Of a stretch of 64,000 bases of DNA, positions 18,451-32,229 are shown in pieces. The first letter of the stretch is position 1. Each line of letters opens with the position of its first letter. The translations under genes were made by a program, and so were the position numbers. Under the pieces are notes generated by a model, which did not search any database, was not told the origin of the DNA, and was given only the letters and a program-made list of their open reading frames with translations. This stretch comes from Eledone cirrhosa (taxonomy: Eukaryota): NCBI GenBank assembly GCA_964016885.1, contig OZ024763.1, positions 25,978,001-26,042,000 on the forward strand, in the 5' to 3' direction.

Positions 18451-19077
18451 ATATTGCTATGTATATGCATATTCGTATAATTATACTGTATATTATTAGT
18501 TCATATATTCATATACAGTTACCCCCCCCCCCGGCATTCGTGGGGTTTACGGTCCTAGAGAACCCGAGAATAGTGAAAAACCGCCAATATTGTAGGTGGT
18601 CCATAGAAATGCCTATAAACCTCAAAATACAACGTAAAATTTAATAAAAATCGAGTGAGCGTCTTATGGAAGGGGCGTCCAATAGGCCAGCAAATACAAT
18701 ATATTGTTGTTATTGTTGTTAATAATTTAGCGTTAAAACAATATATATTGTCACAGAAAAGGCATATATATATATATATATAGTATTTACGTATCGAGAA
18801 AGAGAGAAAAAGGAGGGATAGGTGATACATATAGTTATTTGCCAAGTAGCGTATGCCAAAGGTGCTCGATACTAGTGCCGGCAGTATTAAATATTCGAAG
18901 TGTTAATATTTAGTGGGCTAGAGAGTTAGCAGAGCGTAAGCATGTGGGAAAGTAAAAATTCGGAGAATAGACCGTTAAAACATGTTTATTTAAAATATCA
19001 CCTACGTACGTTTCGCCCAGTTGGGCTTCTCAAGGACATAAATAATTACAAGTGTTCCCTATATAGTTCGGAAAGAG

Positions 19078-19124
<47 letters not shown>

Positions 19125-19131
<7 letters not shown>

Positions 19132-19510
19132 CTCTGACTGCTATTTCTAGCATACACTAGAAAAAACTGGAAGTGGAGAAAATTGAAAAACTTCTTCTTT
19201 TTCCCCCTCTAACTTTTCAAACAAAAGAAAATTTTATGTAAACAAAAACGAAATTTTTGCCAAGAAAGATAACTCTTCTCTGACTTAAATCCAAAATTGG
19301 GATACAAAAAATTGCAGAATTTTTTTTTGTATCCCAATTTTGGATTTAAGTCAGAGAAGAGTTATCTTTCTTGGCAAAAATTTCGTTTTTGTTTACATAA
19401 AATTTTCTTTTGTTTGAAAAGTTAGAGGGGAGAAAAAGAAGAAGTTTTTCAATTTTCTCCACTTCCGATTTTTCTTTTTTATGCTAGAAATAACAGTGAA
19501 AGCAATATAT
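19125..19510. mobile_element. Near-perfect ~385-bp palindrome (foldback/MITE); diverged half copy at 56087-56290
   Basis: Arms ...ctatttctagcata...ccaaaattgggatacaaaaaa and ttttttgtatcccaattttgg...tatgctagaaataac; loop about 10 nt; TA-rich flanks. Confidence 0.8.
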
Positions 19511-19585
19511 ATGTATATATATTCAGTGAACCCCGGCATTCGCGGGACCAATTATTCGCGGAATATTCATTAGAACCTAAGTAAT

Positions 19586-19720
19586 AATTGTTTCTATTTT
19601 AGGCCAGCAAATTACACAGTGCATTACTGGTACTTTATTTTATCGACCCGGTGAGGATGAAAGGCAAAGTCAACCTCGACGGGATTTGAACTCAGATCGT
19701 AAAGGGACGTAACTATGCTG
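19586..19720 (-). mobile_element. Partial Nin/Deu-like SINE
   Basis: actggtactttattttatcgacccggtgaggatgaaaggcaaagtcaacctcgacgggatttgaactcag. Confidence 0.8.
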
Positions 19721-19844
19721 GAATATATATATATAGAAATAGACACACAGATATATATATATATATATACACATATATATATATGTATGTATGTGTGTAT
19801 ACATATATTTATGTATATATATAAGTATTTATATGTATATATAC

Positions 19845-19929
<85 letters not shown>

Positions 19930-20210
19930 GCCAATCTATTGAGTACATTGGATTTATTGTGGTTTCTCCCCGACGCGACCCGTGAATCTACATACGCATA
20001 TATATAATATTATAATGAAATGACAGGAGGCTGGATTTGTGTAAATCCTTGAAAGGTTTATTATACTATGATCATTTCAATGACCGGGTTCCGTATGAAT
20101 CCGGTGATATCATCAGGTATTCGAAATATAATACGTGAATGTAATAGGTAAAATCCATGGGGCTGAAAATCGAGACTCGAGGGCGACCGCTATTCTGTTC
20201 CTTCAACCTC

Positions 20211-20312
<102 letters not shown>

Positions 20313-20732
20313 GAGGTAAGACGAGGCGCACCTCGTACCCAAAGTACGACATTTGGCTGCTATTTCTAGCAAGTTTAGAATTTACAGAATTCTGTTTTAC
20401 ACCCCTCACTCTGAACTCGATTTCAAATTACCGAGGAGTTTGTTGAAGCAGGGTTCAACTGAAATATCTACACCGGTAACTTAATTAGTGTTACACCGGT
20501 ATCCCTTAGGCATAAACTATTTAGCATTCTTGGAAGGAAATACTGGTATTTTCGCTGTCTTAAATGGAGTATATACGCACGCACAATGCATATATATAAA
20601 TTAATGTTTTTCTCTGTACAAAGAGATTGACATTTCTTAAAACATTATTTAGGGTTTTACAACAAAACATATTGTATGTGTACATACATTGAATTTAAGT
20701 ATTTATTTTTTAATTTTACATACACTTGAGTA

Positions 20733-20781
<49 letters not shown>

Positions 20782-21548
20782 TTTGTGTGTGCGTTAATTT
20801 CGTGGGTAACTGCAGTTAACGTTCATCTCGTGTTGGGTTTTATTCCAGAGTTAAAGCGACTGTAGAGTATGAATAAAAAAGTAATAAAGATCGAAAACAC
20901 TGTTGCTGTATATATACATTTTATTGGCAGATTAGAATTGTTTCAATATTGATAGCTCGGAGTACAATCGTAATATGTATATATTTTTCACATGAAATCA
21001 ATATTCAAACTGACCCCAGTGTGTTTAGTTTAAAGTGACGTAATTCTATCCCCCAGGGTTTTGAACACAGTTTCATGTTACAGGGTGGTACAATGAAGCA
21101 GAGAGAATATAAAATCGCTACACAGGTGGCATATTTAGTGTTTCACCGGTTTTCTTATAACAATACACTGGATACGACGGGCATGATAGAGGTAAATGAA
21201 ATCATTATTTTACATTGACGCAATACATATGTTCATGCATAGAATATACCCCACCCATATATATATAATTCAGATGATAAAAGTTGGTTGATCGTATAAT
21301 CGGCCGACCTTTTTGTAAACAACCGTAACTCACTCTACGATTTGTATTGCTTAGGGTTTTCTCGGTAATGTATCAACCGGAGTTTCAATATAATGAATAA
21401 GAGAGACCGTACGTACGTACGTATGTATGCATGCATGCATGCATGCACGAACGCATGCATGCACGCACGCATGCATGCATGCATGCATGCACACACACAC
21501 ACACGCACACATATATAAACATGTATATTTATGTATAAAATATATATG

Positions 21549-22038
21549 TGGCATACGTCAAAACGGCCCGTCGCAAAAGTGAAACTAATTTTTGACAATT
21601 ACGTACGTCATTTTAATTTTGGATCGTGAAATTGTTTGTTTTTTATGCCTATATATATATATATATATGCATACATACATACATACATATATGTATACAT
21701 ATGCGTATATATATACATACACACATATATATGTATATACACACACACAATATATATGTATGTATATACAGACATATATATTTGTATATATATATATATA
21801 TATATATGAAATACTGTTGGCTTCACGCTCACAATTATTTCTATACTTTCATTTATATATATATATATATATATGGCATATATATATATATATATATATA
21901 TGGCATATATATATATATATATATATATGGCATATATATATTGTAAAAAAACAAACAATTTCCCAATCCAAATTGAATGTAATGACGTATGTCAAAAATT
22001 AGTTTCACTTTTGCGACCGGCCGTTTTGACGTATGCCT
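21549..22038. mobile_element. MITE with ~95-bp TIRs and microsatellite interior
   Basis: ggcatacgtcaaaacggcccgtcgcaaaagtgaaactaatttttgaca ... tgtcaaaaattagtttcacttttgcgaccggccgttttgacgtatgcc. Confidence 0.8.
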
Positions 22039-22161
22039 GTATATGTATGAATGTGTATATATATATATATATATATACATTCATACATATATATATATAT
22101 ACTGCCAATAATGGAATTGAACCATCAAGACAGTTGAGGTATGTCATACATCAATTCATGT

Positions 22162-22225
22162 ATTTTATCTGACGAGGACGTACTGAAAAAACAGCACAGT
22201 ACCTTCGAAATATATATAATAAAAC
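22162..22225 (+). ncRNA. Minimal type I hammerhead ribozyme motif (Penelope-like terminus)
   Basis: ttttat-CTGACGA-gg.gtactg...cagtac.cttc-GAAA-tatata-TA-ataaaa; stems I and II pair and stem III is palindromic. Similar motif at 12995-13058. Confidence 0.5.
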
Positions 22226-23352
22226 ATATTTTGATTATGTGAATGTCTTCATTTATTAATATTTTGAATAATATCAATAACTCCAGAAAACTTCATTGTA
22301 GAGAGCTTTTAATCTATTGTAAAACTATATTCATTGAGTAATCAATGAACCATATTAATCTTTGGTTATATATAAGAGCGAAAGAGATAGGTATATATAT
22401 ATAACAATTTATTTTATTCAGTAAAGTTTTTATTTTATTTTATGTATTCACTGCTGAATAGTTCTCTTGATTTTGTTTGTTCTTACCATTGTTTACTGTA
22501 AATGGCCACTGTGACGAGACTGGATTATTACCAAGTTTTACTGGATGATGGCATTTTCTTATTGTATTATTTTGTTGACATCGGGACATCTCTCTAAATA
22601 CCTGGAATAAACATAAGGTGTGTCTTTTAATATCTGATGTTCCAATGGATCGCTTTTAAAATAAAACCAATAAACAGGACAGCTAGACTCCATCAAAAGG
22701 AACCACAGCGATGAGGTACGAATAATCTAAAATTAATTTTTAAAAAAAAGACAATGTTTAAAGAAAGACAATCACATCCCCAATTTAATATCTGAAGATC
22801 AACATTTTTCACGATATAAATAAAACTAAATATGTAAAGTTAAGTGACCTCTCATTTATTTGCTCTAACTTTATTTTACTAATCTGTATTCTGTAGACAT
22901 ATATTTTCGTTGGTGTACCTTACGATTTCGTTGATGAAAGTTTTCACTCGTCTTTAGATCTTTATTTCTTATAAAAGTTATAATACTCACCTCCTCTCAT
23001 TAGATCTCTATTTTACTTCTGGAATACTGTATTAACATTTATATTTTCATCTCGATATTATTAAGTATTAAGGTTGCCATGTATTACAATACTGTATATA
23101 AACAAGGGAATATGAGGAGGGGTAATCATTTAAAAACAGCTAACCCCACACTCTGTGTATTTAGATTACCCCAGGGTGTCCCGTGGGCGATTTCATATAT
23201 ACATACACACATATATATACAAGTTATTGATTACAGAGTCGGGCTAGATCGATACAGAACGAACCTTAAGCTGATGAATAGCGAAACGCGCTCCACGAAC
23301 CAATAAACGTAATGAAGGTGTACCCATTCGTCCTTGTTTAATTATATATATA

Positions 23353-23400
<48 letters not shown>

Positions 23401-23939
23401 ATAATTAATTAATTTATTTATTTATTTCCACCTGGAGTTTCGACCGATAGATAGTATTAGCAATTGGAAAGACCAGTGGAAACATTGTTTCGTCGGTCCG
23501 ATCTGACGAAGGTCGATCGACTGTCTATATATGTATATACATACCCATACATTCATATTTACTCAATTCTATGTAAATATACATACATATTAAAAACACA
23601 TACCATATACCAGCTTAAAAACGATTGACGAACCATCAGGACACATGCTTGCTCTTGTTAAAATTTCACAGAGATACTTATGAAAACCGAACTTGCAACG
23701 CCACGTACACTTACATACACACACCTGGACATACACAGACGTATAGAAAAGGTATGACTTATATAGGTACATCAAAGTTAATGTTCCACTATAGCACCAT
23801 TCGAGGTAGATAAAACGAAGTACCAGTGTAGTACTGGGGTCGATTCTTCTTCTATATCTCTTTCTTACTTCCTTTTTCCTACTTTCTCTCCTTCTCTGGT
23901 AAATATCTCCTGTGATCAGATCTAGGGTAGAGATGGGAT

Positions 23940-25075
23940 CAGTCAGCTTTTACAAAATACCCAAGACACCCCGAATATCAACGTGGGGTCACCAAGACTC
24001 TCTCGCAAGCTATACCTCCCTACATACATACATAGCAACATCAGACAGATCCTTTATGTAGATCACTTTTACTCGATGATGGAAGACAAGTTTTCAGTGA
24101 GTCAGAAAGGAATATTTGCGATATGAAGGGAGAACCTCTCTGAATAAATATTAGATAGTTAAGATGCTACGTAAAGCAGGCGGTGACAACATCGAGGACC
24201 AGAGATGCCATGTGGAAATAGACATCCACATATAAATATACAAAGATAGGGGGACCTTATCATCATAAACACTTGGGCTTATGAATACACACACACACAC
24301 ACACAAATATATATTTATATATTTATATACATACATACATACATATATACATACATACATACATACATATATATACGTGTGTGTGTGTGGCTCCTGCAGG
24401 ACTAGAACGGTTTCATTCGGAAGAAACCAAGGGCTTTCCTGATGATTTTTTTCCGAATGAAACAGTTCTAGTCCTGTAGAAGCCATTTCTATATTAAATA
24501 TTAATAATCTGCTATGTAATGAGTACCTTACTTACTGTGGTTACCGCCGATTGAACCCGGGATAAACATATATATATATACGGGTGCACAGGTGTACGAT
24601 GTCCTCAAGTTAACACTAAGGATTACGCTCGATGTCCCGTCACACATCACTACATCTTCGAGTAAATGTTGATTAGTAAATAAACCGTGTATCTCACATG
24701 TAAGAGGAAAACTATAGCAAGTGTTGAGGATAAGAGACGTGAGAAAATAATAATAATAATAATAGTGTTACAATTATTAATAGTAGTAGTTGTAATAATA
24801 AAGTGAGGGGGGACAACATTATTATAAATAGTTATGTACACACAAGCTTACACAGGTACACATTCGTACACGTATCTACACACGTACCTACATAAACGTT
24901 TATAAATAAAAGACGAAGCTGATAAAAAGAACATATATTACCGTATCGCGTTTGGAAGGATACACTTGACGTTGAGTTCTTGAATCTGATCCCATCATCG
25001 GTTGCTGATACCATTATTGCACACACAACACAAGTTTAAAGAGCTGCCTGTTTAGAAACAATATTTCCAGGCCAC
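23940..25075 (-). pseudogene. Highly degenerate LINE reverse-transcriptase remnant; paralogs at 38290-38630, 52420-53620 and 58230-58440
   Basis: Frameshifted minus-strand peptides in RT order: GLEILFLNR, GISNR...STSS, YGFPSY (52.9-kb copy), LGDPTLIF. Confidence 0.35.
24390..24490. repeat. ~100-bp hairpin element with CTGATGA...GAAAC core (Penelope-like); copies at 38688-38790 and 47500-47598
   Basis: ctgcaggactagaacggtttcattcggaa ... ttccgaatgaaacagttctagtcctgtag. Confidence 0.55.
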
Positions 25076-25321
25076 CATCTACTCACTAAGGTGTGACAGC
25101 TGAAGGACATCACTGGATATCAGCTGGTCGTTGGATGAAATAAACCTAGTGATAAGAATAAAAGTCATGATATATTTTCTGAAAACTCCAGAAAAGTAAA
25201 AACCATGGCGACTTGTTTGTGGTATTAAAAAGACTGAGAAAGCCATGAACACCACCACGTCAATTAAGCTTCTAAAATAGAAAGTAGGTTTATATATATT
25301 AATTTTCAGTATATTTTTATA

Positions 25322-25417
25322 TCCGTCTCGTTGGCCTATTGGTAGGTGTTAGAGACGGTGAAGATCGAGGTTTGGGGTTCAACCTTAGCCAGGATCTATA
25401 TAAAATAAGGGGGTTTT
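25322..25417 (+). ncRNA. Putative Pol III two-hairpin small RNA, unit 3
   Basis: TATA at 25291 (-31); -78 motif at 25244-25261; A box tggcctattgg; B box ggttcaacc; ccgtctc/gagacgg stem; TTTT at 25414. Confidence 0.55.
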
Positions 25418-25529
25418 ACTAATTTTTTTCAGCTTTTTAAAAATGTAAAAAAGTAGATAAAAATTTTTTTTCATTTTACCATAGATTTTTTTTTTACGTT
25501 TGCATTGAAAAAAGCTGAAAAAAAATAGT

Positions 25530-25625
25530 AAAACCCGCTTATTTTATATAGATCCTGGCCAAGATCGAAACCCAGACCAGGATCTCCACCGTCTCTCATA
25601 CCTCCCACTAGGCTACAAAGACAGC
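25530..25625 (-). ncRNA. Putative Pol III two-hairpin small RNA, unit 4
   Basis: TATA at -31; -78 motif at 25686-25703; A box tagcctagtgg; gctgtcttt/agagacggt stem (G:U); agatcctggtc/ggccaggatct stem; TTTT. Confidence 0.6.
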
Positions 25626-26378
25626 TTCAAAATAATATTAAAAATTAATATTTATAAACATACTTTTGATTTTGGAAGATTAATTGAAGTGGTGGCGTTC
25701 ATGCCTTTCTTAGTGTTGCTGTTATTAGAAAGGGTCGACTTTGTCTTTCATAATTCAGGGTCTTTCATGAAGTAAATATTCATTTTATTTCTTAACGCCC
25801 TAGTATTGATTTGAACCTACAATTACTTCGTCTGCAATAATGTTCACTAATTTCAAATCTGCCATACCTAAATCCTGTGTGCGACTTACAAATAAATTGT
25901 TAAATGTCACTTTTATATATTTACCAATGCGAGATTGGAACCTACAGTGATGTGCTTTGCAGTAATGTCCCGTAACTCCAACTAGATTTCGCTAAGCTTA
26001 TATATTTCTTTCGTCCGAACAAAATAATGGTTTCGATCCCAGTTCGCTACTGGTACAAGAAATAATTTAAAGAAATTCTATATCCCCAGCTAAATATTGA
26101 ACTCCTAACGACATTTTATGTTACTTAATACCAATAACCCCATTACACACTGAACATCTAAGCCCTGAACACACATTTATATTTATAACTCAATTTCCAA
26201 TTTTTTAAATGATATTACACCACCTTTGTGTTCTAGGTGAAAATCCTGTCGATATTAATTTACAATTTTATAACTTTAGAGAAGAAAAATAGAGTACCAG
26301 TCATTTTATGGGTTCAATTTAATCGATCGGCTTCACCCCGTCAATCACTTGACATTTGCCAAACAAAACACACAAACA

Positions 26379-26446
<68 letters not shown>

Positions 26447-26994
26447 GGACAAATTTAAAATAAATTACGTGTTTAATAAAGAAAAAAATTATTGAAAGTA
26501 AGAAATTATAATTATTTAGTAATAATATTTTTATTGTTTGTTTTCACTGCATTAACTGCTGAGTGTGACTTAATTTTCTTACTATTTTCTACTGTAAATG
26601 GCGGCTGAGACGTTATTGGAGTATTACTAAGGTTTACTGGATGATGTTTCCTTATTGCTTTATTTTACAAAAAGTACCAGTAATGCACTGGGTAATTGCT
26701 GGCCTTGTGCCTAAAGTTGAAACAATTATTTTACAAACAGTGGACATCGGAATATCCCTCTATATACCTGGGATAAATGTAAGGAGCATTGTTATGTTAT
26801 ACATAGTACAATGGTCATCTCTTCTTATATTTACATTTTCTTCCCAATTCTGTATTTTGAAGTCCTTTCATTATTTTAAATATTTCTATCATGTCACTCG
26901 TTTGATTAATAGTTATGTCCAAGCCAGTTGATACAATTCTAAGTTAGTTGATATATTTTGAAGCGTTCCGAGATTTACTGAGTTCTTTTCTTAT

Positions 26995-28165
26995 TGCCAT
27001 AGCAAGTTCAAATTCACTACAATGCTTTCTGCTCACTTTTACTCAGCATCACAAATATTTTTATCTATTCATTCGTTCTTCATCTGTCATATCTTTTTAT
27101 CATCATTTACTGTTGTGTCTACACCATCATTTAAACTATTCCATTCACTAATATCTCTTTGAGAAATATATATTTTCTGATGTCTTTAGAGCATTGTTTC
27201 TTATAAACAGTATAATGGTGTCCTCTTACATTTTCTTCTGTAATTTCAAGTCCTTTCATTATCATAAATATTTCTGTCGTGTCTCCCCTTAGCTTTATCT
27301 CCTCCAAAGTCGTAATTCCTAGCTTTTTACATCTTTCTTCTCAAGAATTCTGGTATTTCATGCTTTTTTTCTTCTCTGGATTCCTTCAATAGTTTCTCTC
27401 TCCTTTCGGAAGTCGGGTGACCATACCTGCAAATAATATTCTAAGTAGTATCACACATATCATTTATCTAGAGTTTTAATATTTCTGTATTTAGGTAGGT
27501 AAAGTAATATTTCATCATTCCTATAATCCGACTTGGTGTTGTGGTTTTTTCCTGTGAGATGGTTAGCTACCTTTAAATTCAAATTGATACATATTCCACA
27601 TTTGTTGGGGGTGGGTGAAACAAAAAAAAAACACAATTTTACATCAATATTCGATGTTAAAACCTGCTGGCGTCTTATACGTTCAAGATACAAATATGAT
27701 AATTAAAGTATATATGTATATACTAGCCATGTATATGTATATCCCTATTTTTAACTCTTCAAAACATATTTTCTTCAAAATGTATTCCGAAAAATCCTGT
27801 ATGAGATCTCTGTAAGTGTTCGATTTTCAATAGATTGTATTGCCGTTGAAGATGCAATCATTTCTTCTTCTTATCAATAACCAATTTGTCATACAATTGT
27901 TGCTTCGTCCATTTTAAGTTTAGCTTCACAAACTATCGTTAATTCAAGATTTTGCTCTTATATAATAAACTATACTTTTAAAAGACTGACATTCTCATAT
28001 TCATTCTATCTCTTCTATATTGTTATCTAACCGATAAAAGAATGTATGTGGTATGTGAGATGTAAAAATAACACGACCTTCTTTCACGGCTGCAGATAGC
28101 AAACTGGCAGTGTGTTTAGCTGACAACGGTGAACATCACGTGTTTAGTGTTAAATCTGCTATCAA
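26995..28165 (-). mobile_element. Degenerate CR1-clade LINE ORF2, 3' part
   Basis: LEYYLQVWSPDFRKERETIEGIQRR...ERCKKLGITTLEEIKLRGDTTEIFMIMKG...RGHHY...CSKDIRKYIF matches the CR1/L2 C-terminus pattern; many stops. Confidence 0.75.
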
Positions 28166-28558
28166 GAATTACAGTAGGTTATTTTTAACGAAGGACGTCA
28201 ATAAATTTACTAGTGAGGTGTGACAGTTGAAAAAGGCCACTGCAGATTATCGGGTTGTAGGATGAAATGATCCTTAGAGAAAGTAAGTGAAGATATATTT
28301 TCTGAAATTGACAGAAGAATAAAAATCCAATGTCGACTCTTTTGAAGTATTGATAATTCTGAGAAAGACATGAATGCCACAACATCTATTATGCTTGGAA
28401 ATGCTGGGTAGGTTTCTGAAAGCTCCAGATGAATAAAATACAAGGTCGGTCGTTGGTAGTGCGAATAACATGGAGAAAGACATGAAGGCCACCACATCAA
28501 GTTTGCTTGGATATAGAAAAGTAGCTTTATAAACATAAATTTTCATAGTACTTTTGTG

Positions 28559-28648
28559 GCAGTCTCTGTTGGCTAATGGTATGTGTTAGAGACGGTGAAG
28601 ATCCTGGTCTAGGGTTCAATCTCGGCCAGGAGCTACACTAACGCTTTT
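28559..28648 (+). ncRNA. Putative Pol III two-hairpin small RNA, unit 5
   Basis: TATA at 28528 (-31); catgaaggccaccacatc at -78..-61; gtctct/agagac and tcctggtc/ggccagga stems; B box ggttcaatc; TTTT at 28645. Confidence 0.55.
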
Positions 28649-28669
28649 CATTTTACTAGAGATAAAATT

Positions 28670-28779
28670 AAAAAAATTTGAATTCTTTCATTAAGACCCC
28701 TCTAGTCCTGGCCAAGATTGAACCCGAGACCAGGATCTTCACCGTCTCTCATACCTTCCACCAGGCCACCGAAACTTGC
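28670..28779 (-). ncRNA. Putative Pol III two-hairpin small RNA, unit 6
   Basis: A box tggcctggtgg; B box ggttcaatc; -78 motif at 28840-28857; TATA mutated to TACA; T7 terminator. Confidence 0.5.
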
Positions 28780-29696
28780 TACAAAAAGTTATGGAAAATT
28801 AATATTTGTAAATCTACTTTACTATTTTCAAGCAAAATTGATGTGGTGGCGTTCATGCCTTACTCAATGTTATAAATACTAAAAAGGGTCGACTTTGTCT
28901 TTCATCCTCCTGGGTCTTTGATAAATTAAATCTTCACTTTGTTTCTTATCGCTCGACTGTTGATTTGAACCTACAATGTCCCCGTCTACAATAATATTTA
29001 CTAACTTTAAATCTATCATACCTGGTTTGTGTGTGTGTGAAATATTCCCACCTCGTACAATACGCCCGTAAATTGTTAAACCTGATTTCTATATAGATAA
29101 TATATGTAGCAGTGTAAGATCTGAACCTACAATGATATGTTTTTCAGTAATTTTACACAATTTCAACTAAATAGCGATATGTATATGTTTTTCGTTTCTT
29201 AAAAATAAAAGAAATTCTATATCCCCAGCTAAATATTGAACTCCTGACAGCACCACAAACTACATTAAATACTTAACTACCAAGTCTCGCACGACTTTGT
29301 AACTAAATGATAAAATAATAACACCGCAATTTTTAATTGATATTACTTCACCTTTTTGTGTTCTCATCTCGATGAAAATCTGGCCCTGATTAATTTAACA
29401 TTTTTATTTTTGGATAGATAAAATCAGTCACATAGTGGATTCAATTTAATCGATCGAATTCTCCCCGTAAATTTCTGCCTTTTGCCTCAGTTACAAACAA
29501 AGAGGGTGTATCTGTATGTGTAAATATATATATATACATATATATTATATATATTAAAGTATGTGTTAGCAATAAATAAATAAAACAAATTAAATAATGA
29601 CAGTAAGACATTTTTATTCAGTAGTTTTATTGTTATTATGATTTTCAATACATTAACTGCCTAGTGTGCCTTTTGTTTTTGTTTCTTCTTATTTTC

Positions 29697-30090
29697 TATT
29701 GCAAATGGCGACTACGGCGAAACTGGATTATTACCAAGGTTTACTGGATGTTGTCTTTTGCTTCTTGGATTACTTTACAAACTGGAGACATCAGGATATC
29801 TACCGCAATACTCGAGATAAGCATAAGGTGTGTCTCTTACGCAATATTTCGTTTTAAAGACTCGTGTTCCACTTGATCAAATTTGACCTGTCTACGAGAC
29901 AGAGATGCTGTTTCAAAACAAACCACACAGACCAGCCATGAATAATCTAAAATTAGTTTTACAAAAGATAATCCATCTTTAAAGAGACAAATATTTAAAA
30001 ACTGACGTTCAAAGGAACACTCGATGGCAGAAAGAACCTCAGCCCCAATTTAATGTCTGAAGTTAGACATTTTTCACGACATAAATATAG
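29697..30090 (+). pseudogene. Possible degenerate L1/Tx1-type endonuclease fragment; paralogs at 22495, 26590, 33136, 37153, 39643, 56760 and 61671
   Basis: LLD..F.VDYF..WRH.D..(Y)TW, VRLDQI and TDQ/H motifs in APE-domain order across copies; stops and frameshifts differ between copies. Confidence 0.35.
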
Positions 30091-30311
30091 TTTAATGCCC
30101 CTCCTCTGACATCCGATTCCTTTACTCAAATCCTCCAATAATACATATTTTATAGAGATATACCTTCGAAGGTATACATTATAATGTGTTTTGTTTATAT
30201 TTTCATCTTTTCTAGTAATTCGTAGTTTTAGAATTGTCATTCCGATCATGTAGAAAATCTATGACATTATCCTGATTGATATTATACGTTTTCAATATGA
30301 GATTGGAAGGC

Positions 30312-31640
30312 ATAACAAGTTCAAATTCACTACAATGCTTTCTGCTCACTTTTACTCAGCATCACACATATTTCAATCTATTCATTCGTTCTTCATCTGC
30401 CATATCTTTTTATAATCATTTACTGTTGTGTCGTCTACACCATCATTTAAACTATTCTATTCACTAATATCTCTTTGAGAAATATATATTTTCTGATGTC
30501 TTTAGAGCATTGTATCTTATAAACAGTATAATGGTGTCCTCTTCTTACATTTTCTTCTGTAATTTCAAGTCCTTTCATTATCATAAATATTTCTGTCGTG
30601 TCTCCCCTTAGTTTTATCTCCTCCAAAGTTGTAATTCCTAGATTTTTACACCTTTCTTGTCAAGACAGATTTGTTAATAATTCTGGTATTTCATGCTTAT
30701 TTCTTCTCTGGATTCCTTCAATAGCTTCTCTCTCCTTTCGGAAGTCGGGTGACCATACCTGTACATAATATTCTAAGTAGTATCACACATATCATTTATC
30801 TAGAGTTTCAATATTTCTGTATGTTGGGAGGTATAGTAATATTTTATCATTCCTATAATCCGACTTGGTGTTGTGGGTTTTTTTTATGTGAGATGGTTAG
30901 TTAACCTTAAATTCAAATTGTTACATATTCCGATTTTGTTGGGGTAGGTGAAACAAGAGACACATTTTTACATAAAAATTCGATGTTAAAACCTGCATAT
31001 ACGAATATGATAATTATATATGTTTGTACTAGCCATGTATAAGTATATACCTATTTATAACTCTTCCTCAAAACAATATATTCCGAAAAATGCCGTATGA
31101 GGTCTCCGTGAGTGTTCCATTTCAATCAATATCTCATTTCGATTTTCAATAGATTGTGTGGCCCTTGAAGATGCAATCATTTCTCCTTCTTATAATAATT
31201 AATTTGTTTTACAATGTTCGTATTGTTGCTTCGTCCATTTTACGTTTAGTGTCACAAACGATCGTTAATTCAAGATTTTGCTCTTATATAATAAACTATA
31301 CTTTTAAAAGACTGACATTCTCATATTCATTCTATCTCTTCTATATATCTAACCGATAAAAGAATGTATGTGGTATGTGAGAGGTAGAAATAACACGACC
31401 TTCTTTCACCGCTGCAGATAGCAAACTGGCAGTGTGTTTAGCTGACAACGGTGAACATCACGTGTTTAGCGTTAAGTCCCAACATAGTGCCATTTTTATA
31501 CCGGGTTAACTCGAAAGTCGGACCAAATAAGGATACAATCTTCTGCCCTTATCAACATTCTCCGATCTTGGTCCCTGAATAAATAGTGAGATAAAGTGAT
31601 AGGGTTGAATCTCTATCAAGAATTACAGTAGGTTATTTTT
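30312..31640 (-). mobile_element. Degenerate CR1 LINE fragment (duplicate)
   Basis: Collinear paralog of 26995-28165. Confidence 0.75.
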
Positions 31641-32008
31641 AACGAAGGACATCAATAAATTTAATAGTGAGGTATGAGAGTTGAAGAAGGCCACTGCAGA
31701 TTATCGGGTTGTAGGATGAAATGAACCTTAAAGAAAGTAAGTGAAGATATATTTTCTGAAATTGCCAGAAGAATAAAAATCCAATGTCGACCCTTTTGAA
31801 GTATTGATAATGCTGAGAAATAGATGCCACAACATCTATTATGCTTGGAAATACGAGGTAGGTTTCTGAAAGCTCCAGAGGAATAAAATACAAGGTCGGT
31901 CGTTGGTAGTGCGAATAACATGGAAAAAGACATGAAGGCCACCACATCAAGTTTGCTTGGATATAGAAAAGTAGCTTTATAAATATAAATTTTCATAGTA
32001 CTTTTGTG

Positions 32009-32098
32009 GCAGTTTCTGTGTGCTAATGGTATGTGTTAGAGACGGTGAAGATCCTGGTCTAGGGTTCAATCTCGGCCAGGAGCTACACTAACGCTTTT
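32009..32098 (+). ncRNA. Putative Pol III two-hairpin small RNA, unit 7
   Basis: Paralog of unit 5 (gtttct/agagac, a G:U change). Confidence 0.5.
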
Positions 32099-32119
32099 CA
32101 TTTTACTAGAGATAAAATT

Positions 32120-32229
32120 AAAAAAATTTGAATTCTTTCATTAAGACCCCTCTAGTCCTGGCCAAGATTGAACCCGAGACCAGGATCTTCACCGTCTCTC
32201 ATACCTTCCACCAGGCCACCGAAACTTGC
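32120..32229 (-). ncRNA. Putative Pol III two-hairpin small RNA, unit 8
   Basis: Appears identical to unit 6. Confidence 0.5.

Larger units (their letters stand above)
25089..25869. repeat. Long imperfect palindrome, copy 2
   Basis: aggtgtgacagc ... ctgccatacct; the arms are reverse complements of each other. Confidence 0.85.
28216..29023. repeat. Long imperfect palindrome, copy 3
   Basis: aggtgtgacagttg ... ctatcatacct. Confidence 0.85.

Noticed and set aside
24100-24230. Minus-strand peptide YLFREVLPSYRKY resembling a viral Bro-N motif
   Set aside because: Preceded by a stop codon, very short, and located within an apparent LINE RT remnant; deleted in the 58.4-kb duplicate.
25322-25417. 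The A/B-box units as canonical tRNA or tRNA-Sec genes
   Set aside because: No anticodon stem-loop can be formed, the T-arm register is non-canonical, and there is no UCA anticodon or long variable arm.
28106-28128. tggcagtgtgtttagctg resembles the 5' part of miR-34 (also at 31427 and 59976)
   Set aside because: No complementary star arm or pre-miRNA hairpin, the 3' end does not match, and it lies within the decayed CR1-containing block.
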